In this document: positions 12,897 to 26,300 of the stretch, piece after piece
How positions within the stretch are numbered: the stretch's first letter is position 1
Layout: the number at the start of each line of letters is the position of its first letter
Assembly (NCBI GenBank): GCA_002269645.1
Contig: NIVC01000685.1
Span: 31,190-95,189, forward strand
From: Macrostomum lignano
Lineage: Eukaryota
Reading direction: 5' to 3'
DNA: 64,000 nt
The notes under the pieces: generated by a model
The model's database searches: none
What the model saw: only the letters and a program-made list of their open reading frames with translations
What the model was told of the DNA's origin: nothing
Position numbers and translations under genes: made by a program

Positions 12897-14398
12897 GAAT
12901 CGCTAAAAAGCCAATGGGTGGGGACTAGAGTTGAGAAGCCGCTGAGCTGTAACCCCAAGCGCCAATGGTGCCTTAGGCCCTAACCGGCCCGACCGCTATC
13001 AACTGAGAAACTCCCTGGCTTGGAGAAACTAGAGACCGAACCAAAGGACCATCAGCTCGGTGTTACACTGGGCCCTTGAGGGGGACAAATTAGGCTGTCC
13101 CCAGAGCCTGTGGACTGGCCGCATACCCTGTTAAAGTCAGAGGGTGATACCTGTTCCTCAGAGCCGTGGCCAGAGGTACCTCCTGATACGCACAGGTTCA
13201 CTTCCGGGCGGAGCTCATACCCAGTGGGGCCAAGACAGAAGTCAAGACTACGGATAGGTTGCCGCCGCCAGAGCCCAGTAAGTCCAGCAGCCCTACAGCT
13301 GCCTTGAGCACATGCGGGACGTGAACCCCTGGGTCTTCTTGTGAGTCTGTCAGGAGTTAATGAGGGGTTTTTGTACATGTAGGGAAAATGCCAGGGACAA
13401 ATGCGCAATATGCCTGTGTGAGTGCATGCAAGCAAGTGAGCAAAGTTGGCTGACCTCTCAGGTCACTCTGCTATGATTTAATAGCATCTCTGAGTCGAGC
13501 ACTGATTACAGGATAAGCCAGGTTTATTATCACAACACTTTACAAGTACTTGTACACAGCTATGGGCAGACACTATTCTTCATTATCTACTTAAAGTAAC
13601 CTGATAAGAACTTGTATATTTGAGCCATTGTAAGTCTCATAATTATCTTGTAAATTCTACTAGCTATTACAATCTGTTTTCTATAGATGAGATCAAATTA
13701 GTATCTAGAATTAATTTTTCTTAGTAGTATAATAATTCCTCACTATGGGTTTAAAGCATAGCTAAAGTTTGAAGACTTCTTGCATTGTGCAAACACACAT
13801 ACCCACAGTTTGTATTGTACGCTTTAGACTGCAGAAGAAACAATAGTTTCAAATCGATATTTTCAAACCGATTCAGTAGTAACTTTTTTCGATAGCCAGT
13901 TTCATTACTACTCTACTGCTAGTAAAAATGTAAATATTTTCAGTAATTCAGTTAACTACTTTCGTTCAAAAATTACGACCTCTATTAAGTTTTAATGCTT
14001 TTTCGTTCAATTATGATTAAATTCTCAAAATGTAGTAGAGGTAGCTATATAATGGATTCCTTCATCCATTACTATTTGCATCTTATGCTTTTGGAGGTTA
14101 TTAGGTAAGTAAAAGAAACGTGCCATTGATACATTATTTGTCTGACCCACCTGTAGGATTTGAAAAAGCACTTTGAAAGCTTTTAGAATACCTAATTTTC
14201 GATGTTATGTTGTAATGGTACAATTTCGAAGCGAACAATTCAATCAACCTGTACTAAAATATATATTCTACAAATTTTATTATTCCTATACTGTATAACA
14301 GTTGGCAGTTTCTCACTCTTATGGTCAATATTTACTACCCAATAAAATTATTTACATTTTATCAGAATAACAAAGGTTCAAAAGACCATTCGAAGAAA

Positions 14399-17300
14399 AT
14401 GAATGCTGATATATCATCTTCGATTGGAATTAAACATCAGACAACAAAGACTGAAGGTCAGGCAACAAAGGCTGACGACCAGACAACAAAAACTGAAGGT
14501 CAGACAACAAAAACTAAAGGTCAGACAACAAAAACTGAAGGTCAGACAACAAAAACTGAAGGTCGGACAACAAAGGTTGACGATCAGACAACAAAGGCTG
14601 ACGACCAGACAACAAAGGCTGACGATCAGACAACAAAAACTGAAGGTCAGACAACAAAGGCTGACGATCAGACAACAAAGGCTGACGATCAGACAACAAA
14701 GGCTGACGATCAGACAATAAAAGCTGACGATCGGACAATAAAGGCTGACGACCAGACAAAAAAAACTGAAGGTCAGACAACAAAAACTGAAGATCAGACA
14801 ACAAGAACTGAAGGTCAGACAACAGAAACTGAAGGTCGGGGAACAAAAACTGAAGGTCAGACAACAAAGGCTGACGATCAGACAACAAAGGCTGACAATC
14901 AGACAATAAAAGCTGACGATCGGACAATAAAGGCTGACGACCAGACAAAAAAAACTGAAGGTCAGACAACAAAAACTGAAGATCAGACAACAAGAACTGA
15001 AGGTCAGACAACAGAAACTGAAGGTCGGACAACAAAGGTTGACGATCAGACAACAAAGGCTGACGACCAGACAACAAAGGCTGACGATCAGACAACAAAA
15101 ACTGAAGGTCAGACAACAAAGGCTGACGATCAGACAACAAAGGCTGACGATCAGACAACAAAGGCTGACGATCAGACAATAAAAGCTGACGATCGGACAA
15201 TAAAGGCTGACGACCAGACAAAAAAAACTGAAGGTCAGACAACAAAAACTGAAGATCAGACAACAAGAACTGAAGGTCAGACAACAGAAACTGAAGGTCG
15301 GGGAACAAAAACTGAAGGTCAGACAACAAAGGCTGACGATCAGACAACAAAGGCTGACGATCAGACAATAAAAGCTGACGATCGGACAATAAAGGCTGAC
15401 GACCAGACAAAAAAAACTGAAGGTCAGACAACAAAAACTGAAGATCAGACAACAAGAACTGAAGGTCAGACAACAGAAACTGAAGGTCGGGGAACAAAAA
15501 CTGAAGGTCAGACAACAAAGGCTGACGATCAGACAACAAAGGCTGACGACCAGACAACAGAGGCTGACGATCAGACAACAAAAACTGAAGGTCAGACAAC
15601 AAAGGCTGACGATCAGACAACAAAGGCTGACGACCAGACAACAGAGGCTGACGATCAGACAACAAAAACTGAAGGTCAGACAACAAAGGCTGACGATCAG
15701 ACAACAAAGGCTGACGATCAGACAACAAAGGCTGACGATCAGACAACAAAGGCTGACGATCAGACAACAAAAACTGAAGGTCAGACAACAAAGGCTGACG
15801 ATCAGACAACAAAGGCTGACGACAAGACAACAAAGGCTGACGATCAGACAACAAAGGCTGAAGGTCAGACAACAAAGGCTGACGATCAGACAACAAAGGC
15901 TGACGATCAGACAACAAAGGCTGACGATCAGACAATAAAAGCTGACGATCGGACAATAAAGGCTGATGACCAGACAACAAAAACTGAAGGTCAGACAACA
16001 AAAACTGAAGATCAGACAACAAAAACTGAAGGTCAGACAACAAAAACTGAAGGTCGGACAACAAAAACTGAAGGTCAGACAACAAAGGCTGACGACCAGA
16101 CAACAAAAACTGAAGGTCAGACAACAAAGGCTGACGATCAGACAACAAAAACTGAAGGTCAGACGACAAAGGCTGACGATCAGACAACAAAGGCTGACGA
16201 CCAGACAACAAAGGCTGAAGGTCAGACAACAAAAACTGAAGGTCAGACAACAAAAACTGAAGGTCAGACAACAAAAACTGAAGGTCAGACAACAAAAACT
16301 GAAGGTCAGACAACAAAAACTGAAGGTCAGACAACAAAGGCTGACGACCAGACAACAAAAACTGAAGGTCAGACAACAAAGGCTGACGATCAGACAACAA
16401 AAACTGAAGGTCAGACAACAAAGGCTGACGATCAGACAACAAAGGCTGACGACCAGACAACAAAGGCTGACGATCAGACAACAAAAACTGAAGGTCAGAC
16501 AACAGAGGCTGACGATCAGACAACAAAAACTGAAGGTCAGACAACAAAAACTGAAGGTCAGACAACAAAGGCTGACGATCAGACAACAAAGGCTGACGAT
16601 CAGACAACAAAAACTGAAGGTCAGACAACAGAGGCTGACGATCAGACAACAAAAACTGAAGTTCAGACAACAAAAACTGAAGGTCGGACAACAAAAACTG
16701 AAGGTCAGACAACAAAGGCTGAAGGTCAGACAACAAAAACTGAAGGTCAGACAACAAAAACTGAAGGTCAGACAACAAAAACTGAAGGTCAGACAACAAA
16801 AACTGAAGGTCAGACAACAAAAACTGACGATCAGGCAACAAAGGCTGACGATCAGACAACAAAGGCTGACGATCAGACAACAAAAACTGAAGGTCAGACA
16901 ACAGAGGCTGACGATCAGACAACAAAAACTGAAGTTCAGACAACAAAAACTGAAGGTCAGACAACAAAAACTGAAGGTCAGACAACAAAAACTGAAGGTC
17001 AGACAACAAAGGCTGACGATCAGGCAACAAAGGCTGACGATCAGACAACAAAGGCTGACGATCAGACAACAAAAACTGAAGGTCAGACAACAGAGGCTGA
17101 CGATCAGACAACAAAAACTGAAGTTCAGACAACAAAAACTGAAGGTCAGACAACAAAGGTTGACGATCAGACAACAAAGGCTGACGACAAGACAACAAAG
17201 GCTGACGATCAGACAACAAAAACTGAAGGTCAGACAACAAAGGCTGACGATCAGACAACAAAAACTGAAGGTCAGACAACAAAGGCTGACGATCAGACAA

Positions 17301-20300
17301 CAAAGGCTGACGATCAGACGACAAAGGCTGACGACCAGACAACAAAGGCTGACGACCAGACAACAAAGGCTGACGATCAGACAACAAAAACTGAAGGTCA
17401 GACAACAAAAACTGAAGGTCAGGCAACAAAAACTGAAGGTCAGACAACAAAGGCTGACGATCAGACAACAAAGGCTGACGACCAGACAACAAAGGCTGAC
17501 GATCAGACAACAAAAACTGAAGGTCAGACAACAGAGGCTGACGATCAGACAACAAAAACTGAAGGTCAGACAACAAAGGCTGACGATCAGACAACAAAGG
17601 CTGACGATCAGACAACAAAGGCTGACGGTCAGACAACAAAAACTGAAGGTCAGACAACAAAAACTGAAGGTCAGACAACAAAGGTTGACGATCAGACGAC
17701 AAAGGCTGACGACCAGACAACAAAGGCTGACGATCAGACAACAAAGGCTGACGATCAGACAACAAAGGCTGACGATCAGACAACAAAGGCTGACGATCAG
17801 ACAACAAAGGCTGACGATCAGACAAAAAAAACTGAAGGTCAGACAACAAAAACTGAAGATCAGACAACAAGAACTGAAGGTCAGACAACAGAAACTGAAG
17901 GTCGGACAACAAAGGTTGACGATCAGACAACAAAGGCTGACGACCAGACAACAAAGGCTGACGATCAGACAACAAAAACTGAAGGTCAGACAACAAAGGC
18001 TGACGATCAGACAACAAAGGCTGACGATCAGACAACAAAGGCTGACGATCAGACAATAAAAGCTGACGATCGACAATAAAGGCTGACGACCAGACAAAAA
18101 AAACTGAAGGTCAGACAACAAAAACTGAAGGTCAGACAACAAAGGTTGACGATCAGACGACAAAGGCTGACGATCAGACAACAAAGGCTGACGACCAGAC
18201 AACAAAGGCTGAAGGTCAGACAACAAAAACTGAAGGTCAGACAACAAAAACTGAAGGTCAGACAACAAAAACTGAAGGTCAGACAACAAAAACTGAAGGT
18301 CAGACAACAAAGGCTGACGACCAGACAACAAAAACTGAAGGTCAGACAACAAAGGCTGACGATCAGACAACAAAAACTGAAGGTCAGACAACAAAGGCTG
18401 ACGATCAGACAACAAAGGCTGACGACCAGACAACAAAGGCTGACGATCAGACAACAAAAACTGAAGGTCAGACAACAGAGGCTGACGATCAGACAACAAA
18501 AACTGAAGGTCGACAACAAAAACTGAAGGTCAGACAACAAAGGCTGAAGGTCAGACAACAAAAACTGAAGGTCAGACAACAAAAACTGAAGGTCAGACAA
18601 CAAAAACTGAAGGTCAGACAACAAAGGCTGACGATCAGACAACAAAGGCTGACGATCAGACAACAAAGGCTGACGATCAGACAACAAAGGCTGACGATCA
18701 GACAACAAAGGCTGACGATCAGACAACAAAAACTGAAGGTCAGACAACAAAAACTGAAGGTCAGACAACAAAGGCTGACGATCAGGCAACAAAGGCTGAC
18801 GATCAGACAACAAAGGCTGACGATCAGACAACAAAAACTGAAGGTCAGACAACAGAGGCTGACGATAAGACAACAAAAACTGAAGTTCAGACAACAAAAA
18901 CTGAAGGTCAGACAACAAAGGTTGACGATCAGACAACAAAGGCTGACGATCAGACAAAAAAAACTGAAGGTCAGACAACAAAAACTGAAGATCAGACAAC
19001 AAGAACTGAAGGTCAGACAACAGAAACTGAAGGTCGGACAACAAAGGTTGACGATCAGACAACAAAGGCTGACGACCAGACAACAAAGGCTGACGATCAG
19101 ACAACAAAAACTGAAGGTCAGACAACAAAGGCTGACGATCAGACAACAAAGGCTGACGATCAGACAACAAAGGCTGACGATCAGACAATAAAAGCTGACG
19201 ATCGGACAATAAAGGCTGACGACCAGACAAAAAAAACTGAAGGTCAGACAACAAAAACTGAAGGTCAGACAACAAAGGTTGACGATCAGACGACAAAGGC
19301 TGACGATCAGACAACAAAGGCTGACGACCAGACAACAAAGGCTGAAGGTCAGACAACAAAAACTGAAGGTCAGACAACAAAAACTGAAGGTCAGACAACA
19401 AAAACTGAAGGTCAGACAACAAAAACTGAAGGTCAGACAACAAAAACTGAAGGTCAGACAACAAAGGCTGACGACCAGACAACAAAAACTGAAGGTCAGA
19501 CAACAAAGGCTGACGATCAGACAACAAAAACTGAAGGTCAGACAACAAAGGCTGACGATCAGACAACAAAGGCTGACGACCAGACAACAAAGGCTGACGA
19601 TCAGACAACAAAAACTGAAGGTCAGACAACAGAGGCTGACGATCAGACAACAAAAACTGAAGGTCGGACAACAAAAACTGAAGGTCAGACAACAAAGGCT
19701 GAAGGTCAGACAACAAAAACTGAAGGTCAGACAACAAAAACTGAAGGTCAGACAACAAAAACTGAAGGTCAGACAACAAAAACTGAAGGTCAGACAACAA
19801 AAACTGAAGGTCAGACAACAAAGGCTGACGATCAGACAACAAAGGCTGACGATCAGACAACAAAGGCTGACGATCAGACAACAAAGGCTGACGATCAGAC
19901 AACAAAAACTGAAGATCAGACAACAAAAACTGAAGGTCAGACAACAAAGGCTGACGATCAGGCAACAAAGGCTGACGATCAGACAACAAAGGCTGACGAT
20001 CAGACAACAAAAACTGAAGGTCAGACAACAGAGGCTGACGATCAGACAACAAAAACTGAAGTTCAGACAACAAAAACTGAAGGTCAGACAACAAAGGTTG
20101 ACGATCAGACAACAAAGGCTGACGACAAGACAACAAAGGCTGACGATCAGACAACAAAAACTGAAGGTCAGACAACAAAGGCTGACGATCAGACAACAAA
20201 AACTGAAGGTCAGACAACAAAGGCTGACGATCAGACAACAAAGGCTGACGATCAGACGACAAAGGCTGACGACCAGACAACAAAGGCTGACGACCAGACA

Positions 20301-23300
20301 ACAAAGGCTGACGATCAGACAACAAAAACTGAAGGTCAGACAACAAAAACTGAAGGTCAGGCAACAAAAACTGAAGGTCAGACAACAAAGGCTGACGATC
20401 AGACAACAAAGGCTGACGACCAGACAACAAAGGCTGACGATCAGACAACAAAAACTGAAGGTCAGACAACAGAGGCTGACGATCAGACAACAAAAACTGA
20501 AGGTCAGACAACAAAGGCTGACGATCAGACAACAAAGGCTGACGATCAGACAACAAAAACTGAAGGTCAGACAACAGAGGCTGACGATCAGACAACAAAA
20601 ACTGAAGGTCGGACAACAAAAACTGAAGGTCAGACAACAAAGGCTGAAGGTCAGACAACAAAAACTGAAGGTCAGACAACAAAAACTGAAGGTCAGACAA
20701 CAAAAACTGAAGGTCAGACAACAAAAACTGAAGGTCAGACAACAAAAACTGAAGGTCAGACAACAAAGGCTGACGATCAGACAACAAAGGCTGACGATCA
20801 GACAACAAAGGCTGACGATCAGACAACAAAGGCTGACGATCAGACAACAAAAACTGAAGATCAGACAACAAAAACTGAAGGTCAGACAACAAAGGCTGAC
20901 GATCAGGCAACAAAGGCTGACGATCAGACAACAAAGGCTGACGATCAGACAACAAAAACTGAAGGTCAGACAACAGAGGCTGACGATCAGACAACAAAAA
21001 CTGAAGTTCAGACAACAAAAACTGAAGGTCAGACGACAAAGGCTGACGACCAGACAACAAAGGCTGACGACCAGACAACAAAGGCTGACGATCAGACAAC
21101 AAAAACTGAAGGTCAGACAACAAAAACTGAAGGTCAGGCAACAAAAACTGAAGGTCAGACAACAAAGGCTGACGATCAGACAACAAAGGCTGACGACCAG
21201 ACAACAAAGGCTGACGATCAGACAACAAAAACTGAAGGTCAGACAACAGAGGCTGACGATCAGACAACAAAAACTGAAGGTCAGACAACAAAGGCTGACG
21301 ATCAGACAACAAAGGCTGACGGTCAGACAACAAAAACTGAAGGTCAGACAACAAAAACTGAAGGTCAGACAACAAAGGTTGACGATCAGACAACAAAGGC
21401 TGACGACCAGACAACAAAGGCTGACGATCAGACAACAAAAACTGAAGGTCAGACAACAAAGGCTGACGATCAGACAACAAAGGCTGACGATCAGACAACA
21501 AAGGCTGACGATCAGACAAAAAAGCTGACGATCAGACAATAAAGGCTGACGACCAGACAACAAAAACTGAAGGTCAGACAACAGAGGCTGACGATCAGAC
21601 AACAAAAACTGAAGTTCAGACAACAAAAACTGAAGGTCAGACTACAAAGGTTGACGATCAGACAACAAAGGCTGACGACAAGACAACAAAGGCTGACGAT
21701 CAGACAACAAAAACTGAAGGTCAGACAACAAAGGCTGACGATCAGACAACAAAAACTGAAGGTCAGACAACAAAGGCTGACGATCAGACAACAAAGGCTG
21801 ACGATCAGACGACAAAGGCTGACGACCAGACAACAAAGGCTGACGACCAGACAACAAAGGCTGACGATCAGACAACAAAAACTGAAGGTCAGACAACAAA
21901 AACTGAAGGTCAGGCAACAAAAACTGAAGGTCAGACAACAAAGGCTGACGATCAGACAACAAAGGCTGACGACCAGACAACAAAGGCTGACGATCAGACA
22001 ACAAAAACTGAAGGTCAGACAACAGAGGCTGACGATCAGACAACAAAAACTGAAGGTCAGACAACAAAGGCTGACGATCAGACAACAAAGGCTGACGATC
22101 AGACAACAAAGGCTGACGATCAGACAACAAAGGCTGACGGTCAGACAACAAAAACTGAAGGTCAGACAACAAAAACTGAAGGTCAGACAACAAAGGCTGA
22201 CGACCAGACAACAAAAACTGAAGGTCAGACAACAAAGGCTGACGATCAGACAACAAAAACTGAAGGTCAGACAACAAAGGCTGACGATCAGACAACAAAG
22301 GCTGACGACCAGACAACAAAGGCTGACGATCAGACAACAAAAACTGAAGGTCAGACAACAGAGGCTGACGATCAGACAACAAAAACTGAAGGTCGGACAA
22401 CAAAAACTGAAGGTCAGACAACAAAGGCTGAAGGTCAGACAACAAAAACTGAAGGTCAGACAACAAAAACTGAAGGTCAGACAACAAAAACTGAAGGTCA
22501 GACAACAAAAACTGAAGGTCAGACAACAAAAACTGAAGGTCAGACAACAAAGGCTGACGATCAGACAACAAAGGCTGACGATCAGACAACAAAGGCTGAC
22601 GATCAGACAACAAAGGCTGACGATCAGACAACAAAAACTGAAGGTCAGACAACAAAAACTGAAGGTCAGACAACAAAGGCTGACGATCAGGCAACAAAGG
22701 CTGACGATCAGACAACAAAGGCTGACGATCAGACAACAAAAACTGAAGATCAGACAACAAGAACTGAAGGTCAGACAACAGAAACTGAAGGTCGGACAAC
22801 AAAGGTTGACGATCAGACAACAAAGGCTGACGACCAGACAACAAAGGCTGACGATCAGACAACAAAAACTGAAGGTCAGACAACAAAGGCTGACGATCAG
22901 ACAACAAAGGCTGACGATCAGACAACAAAGGCTGACGATCAGACAATAAAAGCTGACGATCGGACAATAAAGGCTGACGACCAGACAAAAAAACTGAAGG
23001 TCAGACAACAAAAACTGAAGGTCAGACAACAAAGGTTGACGATCAGACGACAAAGGCTGACGATCAGACAACAAAGGCTGACGACCAGACAACAAAGGCT
23101 GAAGGTCAGACAACAAAAACTGAAGGTCAGACAACAAAAACTGAAGGTCAGACAACAAAAACTGAAGGTCAGACAACAAAAACTGAAGGTCAGACAACAA
23201 AGGCTGACGACCAGACAACAAAAACTGAAGGTCAGACAACAAAGGCTGACGATCAGACAACAAAAACTGAAGGTCAGACAACAAAGGCTGACGATCAGAC

Positions 23301-26300
23301 AACAAAGGCTGACGACCAGACAACAAAGGCTGACGATCAGACAACAAAAACTGAAGGTCAGACAACAAGGCTGACGATCAGACAACAAAAACTGAAGGTC
23401 AGACAACAAAAACTGAAGGTCAGACAACAAAGGCTGAAGGTCAGACAACAAAAACTGAAGGTCAGACAACAAAAACTGAAGGTCAGACAACAAAAACTGA
23501 AGGTCAGACAACAAAGGCTGACGATCAGACAACAAAGGCTGACGATCAGACAACAAAGGCTGACGATCAGACAACAAAGGCTGACGATCAGACAACAAAG
23601 GCTGACGATCAGACAACAAAAACTGAAGTTCAGACAACAAAAACTGAAGGTCAGACAACAAAGGTTGACGATCAGACAACAAAGGCTGACGACAGACAAC
23701 AAAGGCTGACGATCAGACAACAAAAACTGAAGGTCAGACAACAAAGGCTGACGATCAGACAACAAAAACTGAAGGTCAGACAACAAAGGCTGACGATCAG
23801 ACAACAAAGGCTGACGATCAGACAACAAAGGCTGACGACAGACAACAAAGGCTGACGACCAGACAACAAAGGCTGACGATCAGACAACAAAAACTGAAGG
23901 TCAGACAACAAAAACTGAAGGTCAACAAAAACTGAAGGTCAGACAACAAAGGCTGACGATCAGACAACAAAGGCTGACGACCAGACAACAAAGGCTGACG
24001 ATCAGACAACAAAAACTGAAGGTCAGACAACAAGGCTGACGATCAGACAACAAAAACTGAAGGTCAGACAACAAAGGCTGACGATCAGACAACAAAGGCT
24101 GACGTCAGACAACAAAAACTGAAGGTCAGACAACAAAAACTGAAGGTCAGACAACAAAGGTTGACGATCAGACAACAAAGGCTGACGACCAGACAACAAA
24201 GGCTGACGATCAGACAACAAAAACTGAAGGTCAGACAACAAAGGCTGACGATCAGACAACAAAGGCTGACGATCAGACAACAAAGGCTGACGATCAGACA
24301 AAAAAGCTGACGATCAGACAACAAAAAGGCTGACGACCAGACAACAAAAACTGAAGGTCAGACAACAAGGCTGACGATCAGACAACAAAAACTGAAGTCA
24401 GACAACAAAAACTGAAGGTCAGACAACAAAGGCTGACGATCAGACAACAAAGGCTGACGACAGACAACAAAGGCTGACGATCAGACAACAAAAACTGAAG
24501 GTCAGACAACAAAGGCTGACGATCAGACAACAAAAACTGAAGGTCAGACAACAAAGGCTGACGATCAGACAACAAAGGCTGACGATCAGACAACAAAGGC
24601 TGACGATCAGACAACAAAGGCTGACGATCAGACAACAAAGGCTGACGATCAGACAACAAAAACTGAAGGTCAGACAACAAAAACTGAAGGTCAGACAACA
24701 AAAACTGAAGGTCAGACAACAAAGGCTGACGATCAGACAACAAAGGCTGACGACCAGACAACAAAGGCTGACGATCAGACAACAAAAACTGAAGGTCAGA
24801 CAACAAGGCTGACGATCAGACAACAAAAACTGAAGGTCAGACAACAAAGGCTGACGATCAGACAACAAAGGCTGACGATCAGACAACAAAGGCTGACGAT
24901 CAGACAACAAAGGCTGACGTCAGACAACAAAAACTGAAGGTCAGACAACAAAAACTGAAGGTCAGACAACAAAGGCTGACGATCAGACAACAAAAACTGA
25001 AGGTCAGACAACAAAGGCTGACGATCAGACAACAAAAACTGAAGGTCAGACAACAAAGGCTGACGATCAGACAACAAAGGCTGACGACAGACAACAAAGG
25101 CTGACGATCAGACAACAAAAACTGAAGGTCAGACAACAAGGCTGACGATCAGACAACAAAAACTGAAGGTCAGACAACAAAAACTGAAGGTCAGACAACA
25201 AAGGCTGAGGTCAGACAACAAAAACTGAAGTCAGACAACAAAAACTGAAGGTCAGACAACAAAAACTGAAGGTCAGACAACAAAAACTGAAGGTCAGACA
25301 ACAAAAACTGAAGGTCAGACAACAAAGGCTGACGATCAGACAACAAAGGCTGACGATCAGACAACAAAGGCTGACGATCAGACAACAAAGGCTGACGATC
25401 AGACAACAAAAACTGAAGGTCAGACAACAAAAACTGAAGGTCAGACAACAAAGGCTGACGATCAGACAACAAAGGCTGACGATCAGACAACAAAGGCTGA
25501 CGATCAGACAACAAAAACTGAAGGTCAGACAACAAAACTGAAGGTCAGACAACAAAACTGAAGGTCAGACAACAAAGGTGACGATCAGACAACAAAGGCT
25601 GACGACCAGACAACAAAGGCTGACGATCAGACAACAAAAACTGAAGGTCAGACAACAAAGGCTGACGATCAGACAACAAAGGCTGACGATCAGACAACAA
25701 AGGCTGACGATCAGACAAAAAAGCTGACGATCAGACAAAAAGGCTGACGACCAGACAAAAAAACTGAAGGTCAGACAACAAAAACTGAAGGTCAGACAAC
25801 AAAGGTTGACGATCAGACAACAAAGGCTGACGATCAGACAACAAAGGCTGACGACCAGACAACAAAGGCTGAAGGTCAGACAACAAAAACTGAAGGTCAG
25901 ACAACAAAAACTGAAGGTCAGACAACAAAAACTGAAGGTCAGACAACAAAAACTGAAGGTCAGACAACAAAGGCTGACGACCAGACAACAAAAACTGAAG
26001 GTCAGACAACAAAGGCTGACGATCAGACAACAAAAACTGAAGGTCAGACAACAAAGGCTGACGATCAGACAACAAAGGCTGACGACCAGACAACAAAGGC
26101 TGACGATCAGACAACAAAAACTGAAGGTCAGACAACAAGGCTGACGATCAGACAACAAAAACTGAAGGTCGACAACAAAAACTGAAGGTCAGACAACAAA
26201 GGCTGAAGGTCAGACAACAAAAACTGAAGGTCAGACAACAAAAACTGAAGGTCAGACAACAAAAACTGAAGGTCAGACAACAAAGGCTGACGATCAGACA

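Larger units (their letters stand above)
10730..13030 (-). mobile_element. Degenerate, internally deleted non-LTR retrotransposon (LOA/R1-like) with ORF1 remnant, post-RT segment and RNase H; element ends approximate
   Basis: On the minus strand: basic Pro-rich ORF1-like peptide, then FGATWGLNPRRLWWIYTAVAR...LNRMQGRACRAILSAAPSTP...LDIPPL (typical post-RT segment), then RNase H. There are several frameshifts and a TGG>TGA-like stop at 11808-11810. No APE or RT core motifs were seen. Confidence 0.85.

Noticed and set aside
13050-13445. GC-richer segment with ORFs of 65-127 aa next to the LINE 5' end
   Set aside because: No recognisable domain. It is probably repeat-derived but could not be assigned.
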